A stretch of 64,000 nucleotides of DNA from Eledone cirrhosa (Eukaryota): NCBI GenBank assembly GCA_964016885.1, contig OZ024742.1:308140001-308204000 (forward strand), read 5' to 3'. The position numbers and the translations under genes are program-made. Every line of letters starts with the position of its first letter. Positions within the stretch are counted from its first letter, which is position 1. Shown one piece after another: positions 13,781-28,686 of this stretch. Below the pieces are notes generated by a model, which worked only from the letters and a program-made list of their open reading frames with translations, did not search any database and had not been told where the DNA came from.

Positions 13781-14687
13781 ATTAATATCATCCTTATCAT
13801 CATAATCCCTATCATCATCATCGTTATCATCACCATAATCGTCATCATTATCTACATCAACAACATCATTATTAAAGATCCACTTAAAATAATTTATAGA
13901 ATGTTATTTGAAAATCAGATAGTTAGAAGTACTAAAAAGAGAAAGAGTTAAGTGGACTCACATTGTACATAAGACAGTATAAAATGTTGTTAGAAAATGT
14001 ATATGAGTTTTCAATTGTACTACTAGAGTAGACATGTCTATGAACATCTGGTAGTTTTTGGAAGGTCATCTGAATAATAAAGATATAGATCTCCATACAG
14101 TTCAACATTTCTTATTTGAATATACCCATAATATTGGCATAGCCGCTTACCTCAATTTTAATAACTAGTCATCAACCTGGTGATATGTGCCAACAGATTC
14201 GAACGCAAATTTAAATAATTAGATTAGGCTATAAAGCTCTGCTATATTATAGACATTTTACTGTGCAAAAAGATACCTTCTCAAACCATTAATACTTAAT
14301 TTGTTTCAATTTCCAATTTTGTATTTGATTTTATATTAGTAACATATTTCCACTGTTATACTTTGGTACTATATTCTCAGGGAAGCAGTGTGCTTAATAC
14401 ATTTCTGATGTAATTTTCCATCTATTATTCTCATGTAATATTTCATATTGGTTATTTGATGGATTAGACTTTGTGTGTAGACTCTGGTTAAATAGGAACG
14501 CCTCTTTACCTATGCATGAGAATGTTTTTCTACAGATATTGATTGATTTGTGAAATACCATTGTTTGTCTTATTCCGAATCCCAGTTTCTTTTAAAGCTA
14601 CTTCGTTTGCATTGTTATTGTTACAACTGTTGTATTTATTGTACAAAGCTGTTAACGATCACCTAGAGAAATATGATGTGATTGATG

Positions 14688-14813
14688 TAATCAGTATGTG
14701 GTGATTATTCACATTTCCCGCCTAAATTGTTCATTCCCCTGAAGTGTGCACAAATATTTTGTGTCATGTTCCTTAGCTTCATGGCAACAACACACTATGA
14801 AATCACATTCCTC
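14688..14813 (+). repeat. 126-bp unique-sequence block duplicated at 17035-17160
   Basis: taatcagtatgtggtg...aatcacattcctc appears identical in both places. Confidence 0.9.
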
Positions 14814-14839
14814 CATAGTTCTTATAATAATAAAAGTAA

Positions 14840-15028
14840 TAATTGTTTCTACTTTTTGGCACAAGGCCAGCAATTACCCAGTGCATTACTGGTACTTTAT
14901 TGTTTCGACCCCGTAAGGATGAAAGGCAAAATCAACCTCAGCGGGATTTGAACTCAGATCGTTAAGGGACATAACTATGCTGGAAAGCATGGCATCCGAC
15001 CCTCTACCGATACTGCCAATCCACCGCT
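14840..15028 (-). mobile_element. tRNA-derived SINE, full length
   Basis: Reverse complement of the 8250 consensus along its whole length. Confidence 0.85.
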
Positions 15029-15047
15029 TAATAATAAAAGTAATAAT

Positions 15048-15210
<163 letters not shown>

Positions 15211-15221
15211 GTATATATGTA

Positions 15222-15272
<51 letters not shown>

Positions 15273-15505
15273 TTGTGTGTATGTGTATGTGTCTACAGGG
15301 TATATATATATATATTAATATACTTGCATGATGTAATAGCACACATGTGATACTGTGTAAACAATCATCATAATTATAAAGTACTTTATAATAAACAAGT
15401 AATGTATCAGATCAAAATAAATATGAGCTAATACTTAAGTCAAATAATGTAAGGTTTGACGGTGATAGCTGTTAGGCGGTTATTTATTTTGCATACACAC
15501 ACAGA

Positions 15506-15564
<59 letters not shown>

Positions 15565-15582
15565 GAATATATATATATATCC

Positions 15583-15624
<42 letters not shown>

Positions 15625-17034
15625 TGTATCAATGTATGATTGTGCATATGTGTATTCAATCAGGCCAATGTAAATATATTTAACCTGACGTTATTTGCAA
15701 GGATTTTGACACAATAATGAGTAAATCAATAATCATAATTTCTTCATTACAACCTGGACACCTCCAATGGTTCTAAATGAAATGTTTTTGTTAAGGCAAG
15801 ATATAGACTATTATTGATATTGATTATTTTCCTTACTTGCTCTGTTGGGAAAGGTTTAATGGATGACATTTTCACCTAATGTGTGTTATGTGTATTTGCT
15901 AATATCCGTTGAAATAGCTGGAACAATTTAAATATTTACTCTTTGAAATAGTCGAGAATGTCGTTGGTCATGCCGCGATGATAGTAGTGAAAATTGATTA
16001 GGGCAGAACGCGTTTGGCCCAGTGAAAGATGTCAACAGTTCATATTATAGCATAATATTGTGATGTTTTAGTAGTAAAGCCTTTATATTTTGGAATACCT
16101 ATATTCATCTACAGCTAATCATATAAAGTAGAGTAGGAGGGATAGTAAATAAATCCCTGGTTGTGCATTAGAATTGGTAAGAGGTTTCTTAGTTTGTTAG
16201 GTTTAACCCCTATCTGTAGATATAGTGTCATAGATTGCGATTTACAGTTTATGCTCTGATATCAGATATACGAGGTGATGTTGTATTTCAACTTTCTAAC
16301 GGGGGCTTGATAAATTCGGATGCGTAGTATCGATATCTTACCTGAATTGAATATAATCCTCATCTAAATAATATTAACTACCCATCCGTCTATTCAAAAG
16401 TAGCAGACGAGGGCGCTAGATGCAATACATGAGCCTCTATCTGGGAGCGGACCCTGCAAAAATAGTAATCTTATCCTTCTCAAATAAACTCTATCTTTCA
16501 AACGAATGGACATATTGTAAAGTGTAGCAATGGATACAATATATATTAAACTCTAAATCTTTAAGATTGATTTGGGGCTAAATCATCGCAAAAACCAACC
16601 AATTAGTATAAAGCAATCTTTCATGAATAATAACATAATTCATAATGTTATTAATAACTACTACTCATGAAGTATGTCCTCAGTAATTGTCAGTGGGATG
16701 AAACGATAAAAATATATTATCGGTACCTACTTTAACACAAAATACACTGGATATCTGCGTTGCAATCGCTCTCTGGCTCAGTCACACTGTGTGAAATCTG
16801 GAACAAGTTGTTTAGCATAGCCTCGGTTCAGTCCAACCCCTTTAAGTGATGTTGTGTAGTCGGCAACCGTGTGGAAGCCCGTTCGAGGTATTGTATCTGT
16901 AATGTAAAAGTCTAACCTTCCAAACATTTTTCTCATGTTAATTCGTCTAAAGAGAACAGGAATCACTGGAATTCTCAGTTCAACCGATTGTTGATTCTTA
17001 TTGAGTAATTATATCTATTGCAGGCATTGAAAAC

Positions 17035-17160
17035 TAATCAGTATGTGGTGATTATTCACATTTCCCGCCTAAATTGTTCATTCCCCTGAAGTGTGCACAA
17101 ATATTTTGTGTCATGTTCCTTAGCTTCATGGCAACAACACACTATGAAATCACATTCCTC
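17035..17160 (+). repeat. Second copy of the 126-bp block at 14688-14813
   Basis: Direct repeat, followed by tatatatctatata. Confidence 0.9.
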
Positions 17161-18427
17161 TATATATCTATATAGGGACGTATGATATTGCATAACATTC
17201 GTACATTTGCCGTAAACGAAGGGTCAACTCTTGAAAATAGTAAACAGTTTTATATATATATGTATATGTATAAAGAGCCTACGCCTTTCATTTGGGGGCA
17301 CACTTATTGATTTTGTAATTAATGATACAGCGAAGATTATAAAAAGAAAATCGTACATTTTCCATGCAATCAAAATTTGGATGATATGAAAGAAAATACG
17401 ATAGACTGTAAACCAAAACCGATCTTACATCAGATCTAGGTTAACCTTGGCTTTTAACAAGGCAGATGATTCTTAAGGGGATTGTTTAGCCTTAATATTT
17501 TTTTTCAAAAACAAAAACTAAATGTGTCAAAACATAAAGTGAGGTGTGAAGCGACAATACGTACTTAATTGGCCGATTGTTATTTCATTATCTTTAGTAG
17601 TGATTGATTTGTGACACGATGTTAAATGAGATTTTCAGGTATACCAAAATAAAAGGATGGTTGGTTTTATGTTAGCTCATCTTAATCGATTGGATTAAAA
17701 GTTACACATCACTGAAGCCGTTTCATATTTTATACTTCAAGCATTTATATTCGATGTAAAGAATGTATACGGGGTCCTCTTATGTCAGTTAGCACATTGA
17801 TCTGCATCCGGGAAGTTTCGCTTTGTTTCAATGTTATGTGTTTAAGATGAGTAGTCACCCATGCATACATTTTCCCTTCCAGGACACCACTTATATCGCC
17901 TAAGCAAATAGCAATGGCTGACAAAGCTTGATAACAATAGCTTTAAAGGCAAAGGATAACATAGCGCATCTCATCCGACACTGTTACAATTCCTCCAAGC
18001 CATAATTCGGGATAGTTGTCTCGAGTCGTAAATGAAAAGCGAGATTGAACCTAGTACCAAAGAATTCGAATTTATAACGGTACTGCTAAAAGTTTATAAT
18101 TCTCTATTGATGCCTATTGACCGTCAGAATTTAGTGAGTACTTTCTTTTTCTTAAATCCATCAATAGTATTATCACACATAATCATAAATAATTTCATAA
18201 TTTAGAAACATTCAATTCGATGGTTGAGCAATTTATTGTGACAACTGTGGTAAATCATAATTCATACATCAGTTGTTGGGCTACTGGAGTAATTTATCAT
18301 TCAGTCACCACAGCATACGATGAAATACACCAATGTTAGTATGTACTAAACATCATATATAGAGTAGACAAAGCTGTTGAAATGAGGGCATTTAAAGTGT
18401 ATGCACCCATTAGTATTATAGACCATG

Positions 18428-18465
<38 letters not shown>

Positions 18466-18546
18466 AAGGGAGAGAGAGACATATTCATTCATACATAAAT
18501 ACACACTCATAAATATATATATATAAGAATATATATATATATAAGA

Positions 18547-18581
<35 letters not shown>

Positions 18582-18638
18582 CATATATATATATACATAT
18601 ATATATATATACATATATATATACATATATATATATAC

Positions 18639-18697
<59 letters not shown>

Positions 18698-18794
18698 AAT
18701 TCTAACACATATGTCCTAGAAACGATCGTTAAATAATGAACTTTTTTTGTTTAATATAAGGAACTGTTTCATTGTTTTATTCATTATTTTTTTA

Positions 18795-18867
<73 letters not shown>

Positions 18868-18974
18868 TTATATATGTATATATTCTTATATATATATATT
18901 TATGAGTGTGTATTTATGTATGAATGAATATGTCTCTCTCTCTATATATATATAAATATATATACATATATATA

Positions 18975-19030
18975 TATTATTAATTCTGGCAATATTACAC
19001 AAATATGACCCTCCCCAAGTATAACAATAC
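18975..19030 (+). mobile_element. PLE family c terminal fragment
   Basis: taattctggcaatattacacaaatatgaccc..ccc...t.taacaat matches 4835-4880; sits in (TA)n. Confidence 0.75.
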
Positions 19031-19881
19031 ATATATATATATATTAATTCAAAATATTAACAAAAATAGACATTCGTGTGATCAAGTATATTTTATTATA
19101 CATATTTCAAAGGTACTGAGCTATCTTTAACAGTACGTCCTCATCAGATAAAATAAGATGATGCATGACATACCCTGACTGAGTAGATGGTTAAGATTCA
19201 GTCATGGCAGTGAATAAGATATGACAAAACTCAATATTTATATACCTTAAGATTGAGACATGAACAAATTACATATACTACAGAGGGTGCGTGTGAGAAA
19301 GCTTATAAAAATACATAATAGCAATTTACATAACTGTTAGAGATTCAAATATTTTAAATTATTGAAGAAAGAAGAAAGACGGAGAGAGAAACAGATGAGG
19401 AAAAAGATAGTTACTAGAAGTATAGAAATATCTTATGCACGAAAGCAAAAGAGAATTGATTAAGGATAGAGAGACAAGGAAGAATAATTTTTTATAGTAT
19501 AAAGCATAGGGAGGGAGGTTTGTATTGTCGTGGATAAATAGCGTATAATTAGATGATGCAAATATATATATATAAATAAATAAATAAATATACATTTGGG
19601 CATAGCTTTGTGAAAGAATAATTTCGAATCGTTGAATTATCTAGAAATAATCAATCAATCTAAATATCAAATATATCTGGGTGTAGTTATATGAGGATTT
19701 AATTTCGAGTCCTTAAGTTAATTAGTAATAGACTATTAATCAAATATATATATTACATATATCCAAACGTATCCGGATGACCGTTAAATTTCGAATCATT
19801 TATGTTAGTTCAAAATAGTGAATTAATCTAAAGGTATAATATTTCGGGCTATAAAAATGTATAAGCATTTATATTATAGTA

Positions 19882-20070
19882 TAATTGTTTCTACTTTTGG
19901 CACAAGGCCAGCAATTACCCAGTGTATTACTGGTACTTTATTTTATCGACCCCATAAGGATGAAAGGCAAAGTTAACCTCGGCGGGATTTGAACTCAGAA
20001 TGGCAAGGGCCGTAACTCTATGCGTCAAAGCATGGCGTCCGACCCTCTACCGATACTGCCAATCCACTGG
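19882..20070 (-). mobile_element. tRNA-derived SINE, full length
   Basis: Close match to 14840-15028. Confidence 0.85.
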
Positions 20071-20177
20071 CCATTATATTATAGTATAATATCATATTTA
20101 AAGTATTTGCAAACATGAGTTATTCTTTGATTTATTCGTTGAACCTTGTTTAACCTTTACATATATATATATATATA

Positions 20178-21658
20178 GGAAAATGTTCAAAACCCCGACG
20201 GCAGAGCTCAAGCCGTTTCGACGGCTATTTCTGCACTAAATTAGAATTTTTAGTGTGGTAATAAATAGCCGAACATTTCAAGGGGTAATTCCTTATATGG
20301 GAAGATTGTAGTTGTCAAAAGAATTGATCAAAATTTCTTGTAAAACACAATTAAATCTTTCATGGTGGTGGTTGGGAGGTGGGGTGGCTGAACTTGCCTG
20401 TAGAACAATGAGGGAGTGGGTGGTGCCGATCAAGCGTTGAAAGTGAATTCTATACAGCAAATTCTAAGGAGTGTGTATGAAATTAGGCTAGCTACTCCGC
20501 AGGTGAAAAAGGAATTCTGGAGGAATCTGAAAGTGGGAAGTTATAAAATTAAAAGGTTAATAAATTGAGATTAAAAAATAAATAAAAATAATAATAATAT
20601 TAAAAAATTAAATAATAAAAAATAACAAAAAACTAGTCTAAAGTAGCTGCTATATTTTTAGCTGGTATTGCGTTTTCGGCCAATGCTATATAGAATTTAC
20701 TGGGGTGGGGATGCTGAGGCTACAAAAGCCCGATGGGCTGCCTTATGGTAGGCGAAAGAGGAAAAAAGGAAAAGGAAGAGGAGAGGGAGTGAAAGGAAGT
20801 GAGAAGAAGAGATAAAGGGAAAACAAAAAGAAGTACATCTACCTATTTATGCTGGGGTTTCTCCTATCTTGTTCGGCAAGTGGGGAAAAGAAGGATGTTG
20901 CAGCTATTATCTACCCACCCGAATAATGAGGGGGTTTGAGGGCGAGGTAAGTCCTACGCAATCGATGTTTACATGTCGTTACATGTTCGTCTTTTTTTGT
21001 TTAGGAGTTGGTCCTTCGTATACAGCATTTGTATTGTTTCTCCGAGCATAAGTTACACGGACGGCGTCCTCGCGTGTAGGAGTTTGCCTCGTAAGATTGT
21101 ATGTTATGTTATTATCTTGGAGGCCCTAGATGTGGCCCGCAACTGTAGTGGCATGTCACCCGGCCGGGTTTTTGAAGGTATATCGGTGTTGATAGAGCCG
21201 GGTCTTAAAGTCATAAACGGTTAAGCTTATATAGGATTATAGAATTCCTTTTTCGCCTGCTTTCTAGCTAGCCTAATTTCATACACACTCCTAAGAATTT
21301 GCTGTATAGAAATCACTTTCAACGCTTGAATGGCTCTGCCCACCCCCTCATTATTCTACAGGCAAATTCAGCCACCACCACCACCTCCCACCCACCGCCA
21401 TGAAGGATTTAATTATGTTTACAAGAAATGTTGACCAATCCTTTTGTCAACTACAATCTTCCCATATAAGGAATTACCACTCGAAAAGTTCGGCTATTTA
21501 TTACCGCGCTAAAAATTCTAATTTAGTGCAGAAATAGCCGTCGAAACGGCTTGAGCTCTGCCGTCGGTGTCTCGAGAATTTTCCCATTACCCGCTCTACT
21601 ACCCTAAGTATTGTGTACTCTGGTACGTTATGGTCCATCTGGTTCCTTACCACCTTCG

Positions 21659-21660
<2 letters not shown>
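20178..21660 (-). mobile_element. Truncated Penelope-like element, family b, with about 300-bp inverted pLTR arms
   Basis: Arms 20190-20493 and 21264-21568 are inverted. Minus-strand 21236-20960 translates YISLTVYDFKTRLYQHRYTF...GHI*GLQDNN...LLNKK...CKH, homologous to the GIY-YIG end of 59219-60295. (TA)n on both sides. Confidence 0.85.
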
Positions 21661-21727
<67 letters not shown>

Positions 21728-21731
<4 letters not shown>

Positions 21732-22091
21732 CATACTTGGGGAGGTTCATATTGTTATAATATTGCCAGAAATAATAACAGAACACACTCACTGTTTGGT
21801 TTGTTTTCACTTCTGTATCTATTATATCTTTACAGTTAATTTATTTGGCAATCATCGTTTATCATAGATTGACCAACGGTTAAAAATACAGATATAAATA
21901 TATATATATATATAGTCTATCAAAGTTCTTTCGTTGCAACATCATCAGTGGTAATAGTATTATGTTCCCTCCTACTGTATTGTATTGTAATGTTCTGTTA
22001 TCATTTCTGGCAATATTATAACAATATGACCCTCCCTAAGTATAACAATATTTGTTCCATCACACGATTTCATATCAAAAACCTTGCAAAA

Positions 22092-22095
<4 letters not shown>
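21728..22095. mobile_element. PLE family c two-ended micro-insertion
   Basis: 21728-21785 is inverted relative to 21991-22050; 22051-22095 is the tail seen inverted at 4020-4078; (TA)n both sides. Confidence 0.8.
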
Positions 22096-22154
<59 letters not shown>

Positions 22155-24434
22155 GTATTTATTCATCCGGGCACATCCTTTCTCAATTTAGTTTCAGATT
22201 ACCTCGGAAAACGTGTTAAAACATTCGATAAAGTAAGGATTTAATCAAATTATCAAACAACCATATTATTAAATTAACATTTGCAGCTCTAAAGCAAATC
22301 AGGAAATATTTCTGGAACATATATTCTCCATTATTCAAACTCGATGTATATTTTTGTCGTGTATTTTACTGCACATTTTCTCAAGAGAAAGAATGTTGTA
22401 CAGTATATTATTTCTTTTTCATTTTCTTTTATAAGCTTAAGCTTAATTAGTATTCGTGCACATTTTCAAAGAATGAACCGTGTGTTGTAGTATCTGCGTT
22501 CTCAGGTGTGGCAAGGGATAAAATTACCATATAAAATGAAATAGAGAGGGAAAATAGTAAATAAATATACAACATCAATAACTAAAATAGCAAACGAACA
22601 TAAAATCAGAAAAATAAACACAATTTCTACATTTTACAGTAGTATCAATCATTTTAGAGCAGTGTAAAGTTAAATATTTGACAATTCACTAATCATAGAC
22701 TTTCTAAATATAAACATGTTTTTTATGAAATTTTACACTATGAATAAAATTCTTGGATAAGAAAACAAAATGAAAAACTGCTTCTGAAACAGCTCACGTT
22801 TTTGTTGTATGTTATCATGTTTGTGTACGTATTTATACGTGTGTGTGTGTACGTATGTGTGTGTGTGTGTGTGTATATGTGTGTGTGCATGTGTGTGTGT
22901 ATGTGTTTGTGTGTGTGCGTGTGTGTGTTTGTGTGTGCGTGTGTGTGTATGTGTGTGTGTGGTTGTAGCGATTGTAGTGCATGTGCGCGTGTGTGTTTGT
23001 GTGTGTGCGTGTGTGTGTGTATTTGTCACATGCTTAACGATATTAGGTGACGTACATGTGTATGTTTACACGCTGTGTAAAATTGCGTTCGTGGATTTAA
23101 GGTAATGCGTATGTGTATGTCTACCAATTCTTAAAATAGATCTCGTGGATATTAACCATTGTGCGTATGTATATGTGTGTATGTGTAAAATGACGCTTGT
23201 GGATATTATTTTGTTTGTCGGTGTATATGCGTGTATGTGTGTATTTGTTGGTGGGTGTATGTAAAACAACGATCGTGGATTTTATCGTATATGTTTATGT
23301 GTTTGTGTATGTGTGAGCGTGTGTGTTATATAAAATAGCGCTCGTAAAAGCTTGCATGTAAATTAGTGTAGTTGTTAAATTATGTATGTGTATATGTGTC
23401 AGTGTATGAGAATTAGTGTGAGTATATGTTTGTTGTTTACGAGAAAAATGCTTGTGGGTATGAGCTCTTGTGAGTCCTAATATTTGTGTTTTTGAATGCT
23501 CATATGTTTATTTCGTTGACTTTTATGAATTCGGTATTTTTTTCTCGTTAATAATGTCATTGCCATTTTGAAAGTCTCCGGGGAAGATTCTCTAACAGTT
23601 TCTCTTCCTAAACTCACTCACTTATGAGCTCCATATAGTCAAATATTCATAAACATGAACTATTTCATACATAATAATAGATAAATAAGTCAACAAAAGC
23701 CTGTATAACATGGATCGTTTTCCTGTAGAACAATTAGTAATACTATATGTTTCTCCAAATTTCCAACTATAAAGATTATTTAAAAATAAGTGCTATCTTC
23801 AATGAAATGTAATGACAAAATGTAAAGGAACTGAGGAGGAATAGAAAAGAAAATATATGAGATGTAAGTATTTCGAAGACGAGGTTCGAACTCAAGAGGT
23901 AAGATCTCAATGGATTAGTGGTCCAGTTCGTCACGTAGATACAAATCAACTATTCAAATCTATAAAGTGAAATATGAGACAAAAGGTTATGAATGGATTC
24001 GTGTGAAATTGGACAAATTAAGAGCTTATTATATTAAAAAGAATTTAATAGAAAAAGAAAATATAGATGGAGAAGAAACAATTGAATGTAAAGTAAGAAA
24101 ATATATAAACGGAAAGGGAAGGGAAAAGGCTCTCGTGCCACAGAAGAATTTGGAGGGGGGGGGGGAGTTTGGGCTCTGGGCCTTAGTCGCGGTGGTATTG
24201 GGGATGTGCCCCGCGGATAATGGCCAGCTACACCTGCTGAAGCAGCCAACCCACCTCGCTGTGCTCCTTTCTCAGAGAAAAGAAATAATACTGATAAGAA
24301 TTCAGTTTGTGTTGTAAACGTGTGGGTTTTAAAATGTAAGATAATATATATATATAATAGACATATTTCTCGAATAGGCACAGAGGCATAACATTTGGAA
24401 GAAGCATTTAGTCGATTAAATTGATCTCAAGGCT

Positions 24435-24560
24435 TATTTTATCGACCCCCGAAGGAGTAGATTTAAATATCAATCTATGTAAGATTTGAATTTCAGACGG
24501 CAAAAGCCCCAACTAATTAAATCAAAGCCTTTTGTCGGACGTTGAAACTATTTTGATAAA
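24435..24560 (-). mobile_element. Highly degenerate SINE
   Basis: ttattttatcgacccccgaagga...gatttgaatttcaga. Confidence 0.45.
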
Positions 24561-25007
24561 ATACCAAACATAAACATATCTAGAAAATGCGTTAAATCAT
24601 GTTACAGTTAATAGTAAACTGTAGATAATAAATATCGTAATAGGTTAAGGTATTAAATAACAACAGCATGCGTATGCACTCAACATTTTATGTGCTTTTT
24701 CGTCTTATCAACGGGCAAGATATATTTTCTACTTTACTTCAGTTCATCGCCTTTATTGGAAATGAAATTATGTAACTTTTGTCAAGAAAACTACACCTTG
24801 TATCTGACTAACATAATATCTAAAACGAAGATTTGGCGTCCATCCATCTACTTCAGCAGCTACAATCGGTATTATACATCCTTCAGATTTTTAAAAGGAT
24901 TAAAGAAGATTAAAGGTGTATATGATAAAACAATCACACCCACACACACACACATACACACACACACACACAGACACACACACACACACACACACCCACA
25001 TACACGC

Positions 25008-25079
<72 letters not shown>

Positions 25080-25153
25080 GTATATATATATGTATATATA
25101 TATGTATATATATATGTATATATATATGTATATATATGTATATATATATATAT

Positions 25154-25207
<54 letters not shown>

Positions 25208-26460
25208 ATTTGTATGTATATATACGCGTGTGTGTGTGTGTTGATGATTTCTAATAGTAGTCAGCTTCATATATTATGATAAATGTAATATATTATGATA
25301 AATGATATATATTTTATTCATTTCCTTTGTGTGCTACGTTTAATGAAGTGAAAGAGAAATTGAAAATATTATAATTGTTCTAAAGTATAATCTATGTCTT
25401 GTGTTTGTAGGAAGTGTGCTATGATGCATAGAGATATCGGTATCATAACACCAATTGGTGTCTGGACTTGGAAAAAACTAAATGTTTAATTTTACATAAC
25501 TCATTACGGAAAAAACGTTAGATAATCGATTGAAATGAAGAATTACTTGGGCACATTTGAATTTTTTTCAACATTATTTATTGGCATATTAAAAAGAATA
25601 ATAATTAAATATTTATAAATGTAGAAAATCTCGAAAACAGGAAAATGGTTGTGAGAACAGCTTTAGTATATCAAATAAAATACCCTTATAGACGGAGAAA
25701 GTTACCATCAGCTTGTTCATAGCTTTTTTGCTGTGTTCGAGATTTAATATATCTCTAAACATTTCAATTCATTCGACCCTTCAATGTTTATTTACAAAAT
25801 AATTAAATGTTATATACATGTTGAAAAATCAATGTTTCCCTATCTTCGTGTAGCTGCTAAATAAGTTTGCATGTTGGCTCCTGACGTTACTCGTACCTTT
25901 TAACTGGAATTGTATCGTCTGCATCCCAGCTGATTCTGTTATTTTTGGTCACAATCCTTATAAGTTACTTGTTGTTGCTACACATATATTTATTTAATCA
26001 ATTTAAACGTCTGTTTAGATCTGATAGGATATGACAGAACAGATGTATCGAATACCCCTTACTATAAAAAGCAACAACAAGTGAGAAACAGTGTGGGAAA
26101 ATAATAATGGGAGGTAAAATAAGTCTAGGTGAAAAACATAACAGCTATAATGCAACTTTTTTTTGCCTCCATGTACTGAAATATATTGTTTCTAGTCGGT
26201 GTGACAATTTATTGAGCCTCCAATTTCATTTTTTTTTTAAACAAGGAACAGAAAGAAGTTTCTAAATTGGAGTAGAGAGTGCCACAGAATTTTTGGGCAA
26301 TTTCCACAAAATCCTAGATGAAATTCGGTACAATATATTCATGATAAAATATAGTTCAACGTAATATAGAACTGTTCGTGCCCAACATATATATATAAAG
26401 TTATATATATACATATATATATACATGTGCTTATCAATATGAAAATATATATATATATAT

Positions 26461-26585
26461 TTATTAAAATAACAGATTAAAGTTTAAGCAAAGAATCGCT
26501 GCTTTCACCCTTAACGGGATATATTTGATATATATTTATCCTTATCGAACCCTCTTTGGATTTTAGTCTTCAAATTTATTATTAT

Positions 26586-26589
<4 letters not shown>
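26461..26589. mobile_element. PLE family a micro-insertion (about 130 bp)
   Basis: First 60 bp match 58773-58832; the remainder matches 61311-61380; (TA)n both sides. Confidence 0.9.
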
Positions 26590-26638
<49 letters not shown>

Positions 26639-26646
26639 TAGATAGC

Positions 26647-26712
<66 letters not shown>

Positions 26713-27811
26713 TGTATGCATTATGTATGTATGTATGAAACTGTGTATGAGAAAATATATACATATATTTATTTAATGACAAAATAGTGAGGCAAGAACA
26801 ACGCAAAATAAAATATATCGAAATACAGTTAATATCACAGATAACATATATCTAAACGCAATAAAACTGATAGGATAGTTTTAAGTTAAATTAAATAAAA
26901 ATAATATAATATAGAAACTTATGTCACTCAGCTTTATTTTTTCGAGGAAAGATAGATAACGACGCTAGATTGAACTCTAGTTTATATCCGTGTTCATGCG
27001 ACGTAGTTTATTGTTTATTCTAAAAAATGAAGACAGATAAACTAATCGTGTATTGAAATGCTTCATTCATATAATGTAGGCAATATATATGCTGGTTTTA
27101 TATGCTGGTTTTATCTTATTATCTGAAGAGAAGTATTGCATAACCTGGTTGTAGTGGAATCATTACATACCATGACCATATTTAGTAAGATCTTAAATAC
27201 ACGTACAATATTAACGTGCGAAATGTCAAACTAGTACTGTGCCAGACTAGTACCAAACTAATTGTCTCTTGCAGTCTGTTGGGAGCAAAATTAACTGGAT
27301 CGAGATAATGATCATTACAATCAGATGAAGATAAAATAAAATGTTATTGTTATCTTACTAAATTACGTGTACAGCTACGTGTATCTATATAACTGGGTCT
27401 TCAAGAGTGGGTATGACGGTCCAAAGACATTGTATTGTGGTTCTCCACTGTTCCATAGAACTCAAATGTCTTCACTCAGTTTTATATATTGGTTTCGAAG
27501 GGAGATTTGACCGTTCCAAAACATGCATCTAACTGATCCGGGACCAGCTTGTACAAGCCACACTTATAGTAGTATTTCCCATAGACAATCTGGAGCTGGA
27601 GCTTTCAATGGTGGGTCTTGTTGTCGTTACAAACGGTGTATCTGCCAGGTCCTGAAATTTAAGGTTGATCGGTTAGAAAATAAATCCACAGTTTTTTTAG
27701 TTACCCTGTACATATGAAATTTTACCTGAGTATTATTTTGGAACAGTAATGTATATACTGTGGTAACCCCTGATTGAATCCTGGATACACACACACACAC
27801 GCATACATACA

Positions 27812-27855
<44 letters not shown>

Positions 27856-27864
<9 letters not shown>

Positions 27865-28100
27865 TTATTTTATAGAAGGAGCTTCTACAACACTAGTACT
27901 GTTTCATTCAGATGAAATCTTCAGGAAGCTGGGTGTCATATTAAGTTCTGGTATTTATACATTTAGGTAGTGGCAAGGGAGGGTGGTGGATGGGGGGGGG
28001 GGTATTTAGATACACAGGACCACTACATGGCACAGGCCGTTTTTTCTATGGGGAGTGGTCAATTAGCCAGAGTGCTTTTTTGAAATAAATAAATAAGTAA
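27856..28100 (-). mobile_element. PLE-like terminal fragment, family f
   Basis: Contains the hammerhead at 27880-27930; bounded by (TA)n; related to 2329-2481. Confidence 0.6.
27880..27930 (-). ncRNA. Type I hammerhead ribozyme motif
   Basis: agcttc CTGAAGA tttcatctgaat GAAA cagtac-ta-gtgttg TA gaagct: perfect 6-bp stem I, intact core, 6-bp stem III with G-U pairs, GUA cleavage triplet. Stem II is short with a U-U first pair. Confidence 0.75.
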
Positions 28101-28686
28101 ATATATATATATATATAAACTAGATACCCACGTCTTTCGTTTATTATTTACGACCTGGTTATTCATACTCTACATCACTGTATATCTGAATGATTGACTA
28201 AATTATTCACTATGATTGAAATACGATAGTTTAGATTATCAGTGACTAGATCGGCAAAGTACGATGAGAAATTGGATATCATAATATATACTATAATTAC
28301 AAAATAATAATATATCAATTACTTGCAGTAAATGATCATGTGATTATATTGGCGAGGCCACTTTAAAAGAATAATCGATAATTTGAAATTACCAATAACT
28401 GAAATTATTTATTCCCCTTTTCTGTTGATCTGATAACATTTATAATTATTAAAATTCCTGATTTGAGGGCGACGTCCCATGTCATCATCAGTTACATCAA
28501 TCGACTTCACAGGAAAACATTTGTATATGACATATGTGAATATATATATAAATGTATATATATATATATAAATGTATATATATATATATATAAATGTAAT
28601 CTGAGTTTTTCGAATATTGATAATAATATTCGATTCGTTTGCAATTATGCAAACAGCCTCTTTTATATATATATATATATATATAT

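Noticed and set aside
16726-16900. Possible minus-strand exon (acceptor ttttacattacag, donor gtaccg)
   Set aside because: All three frames contain stops; it could be non-coding but this cannot be supported without RNA data.
27520-27660. Possible minus-strand exon after aaatttcag
   Set aside because: Short frames, no recognisable product.
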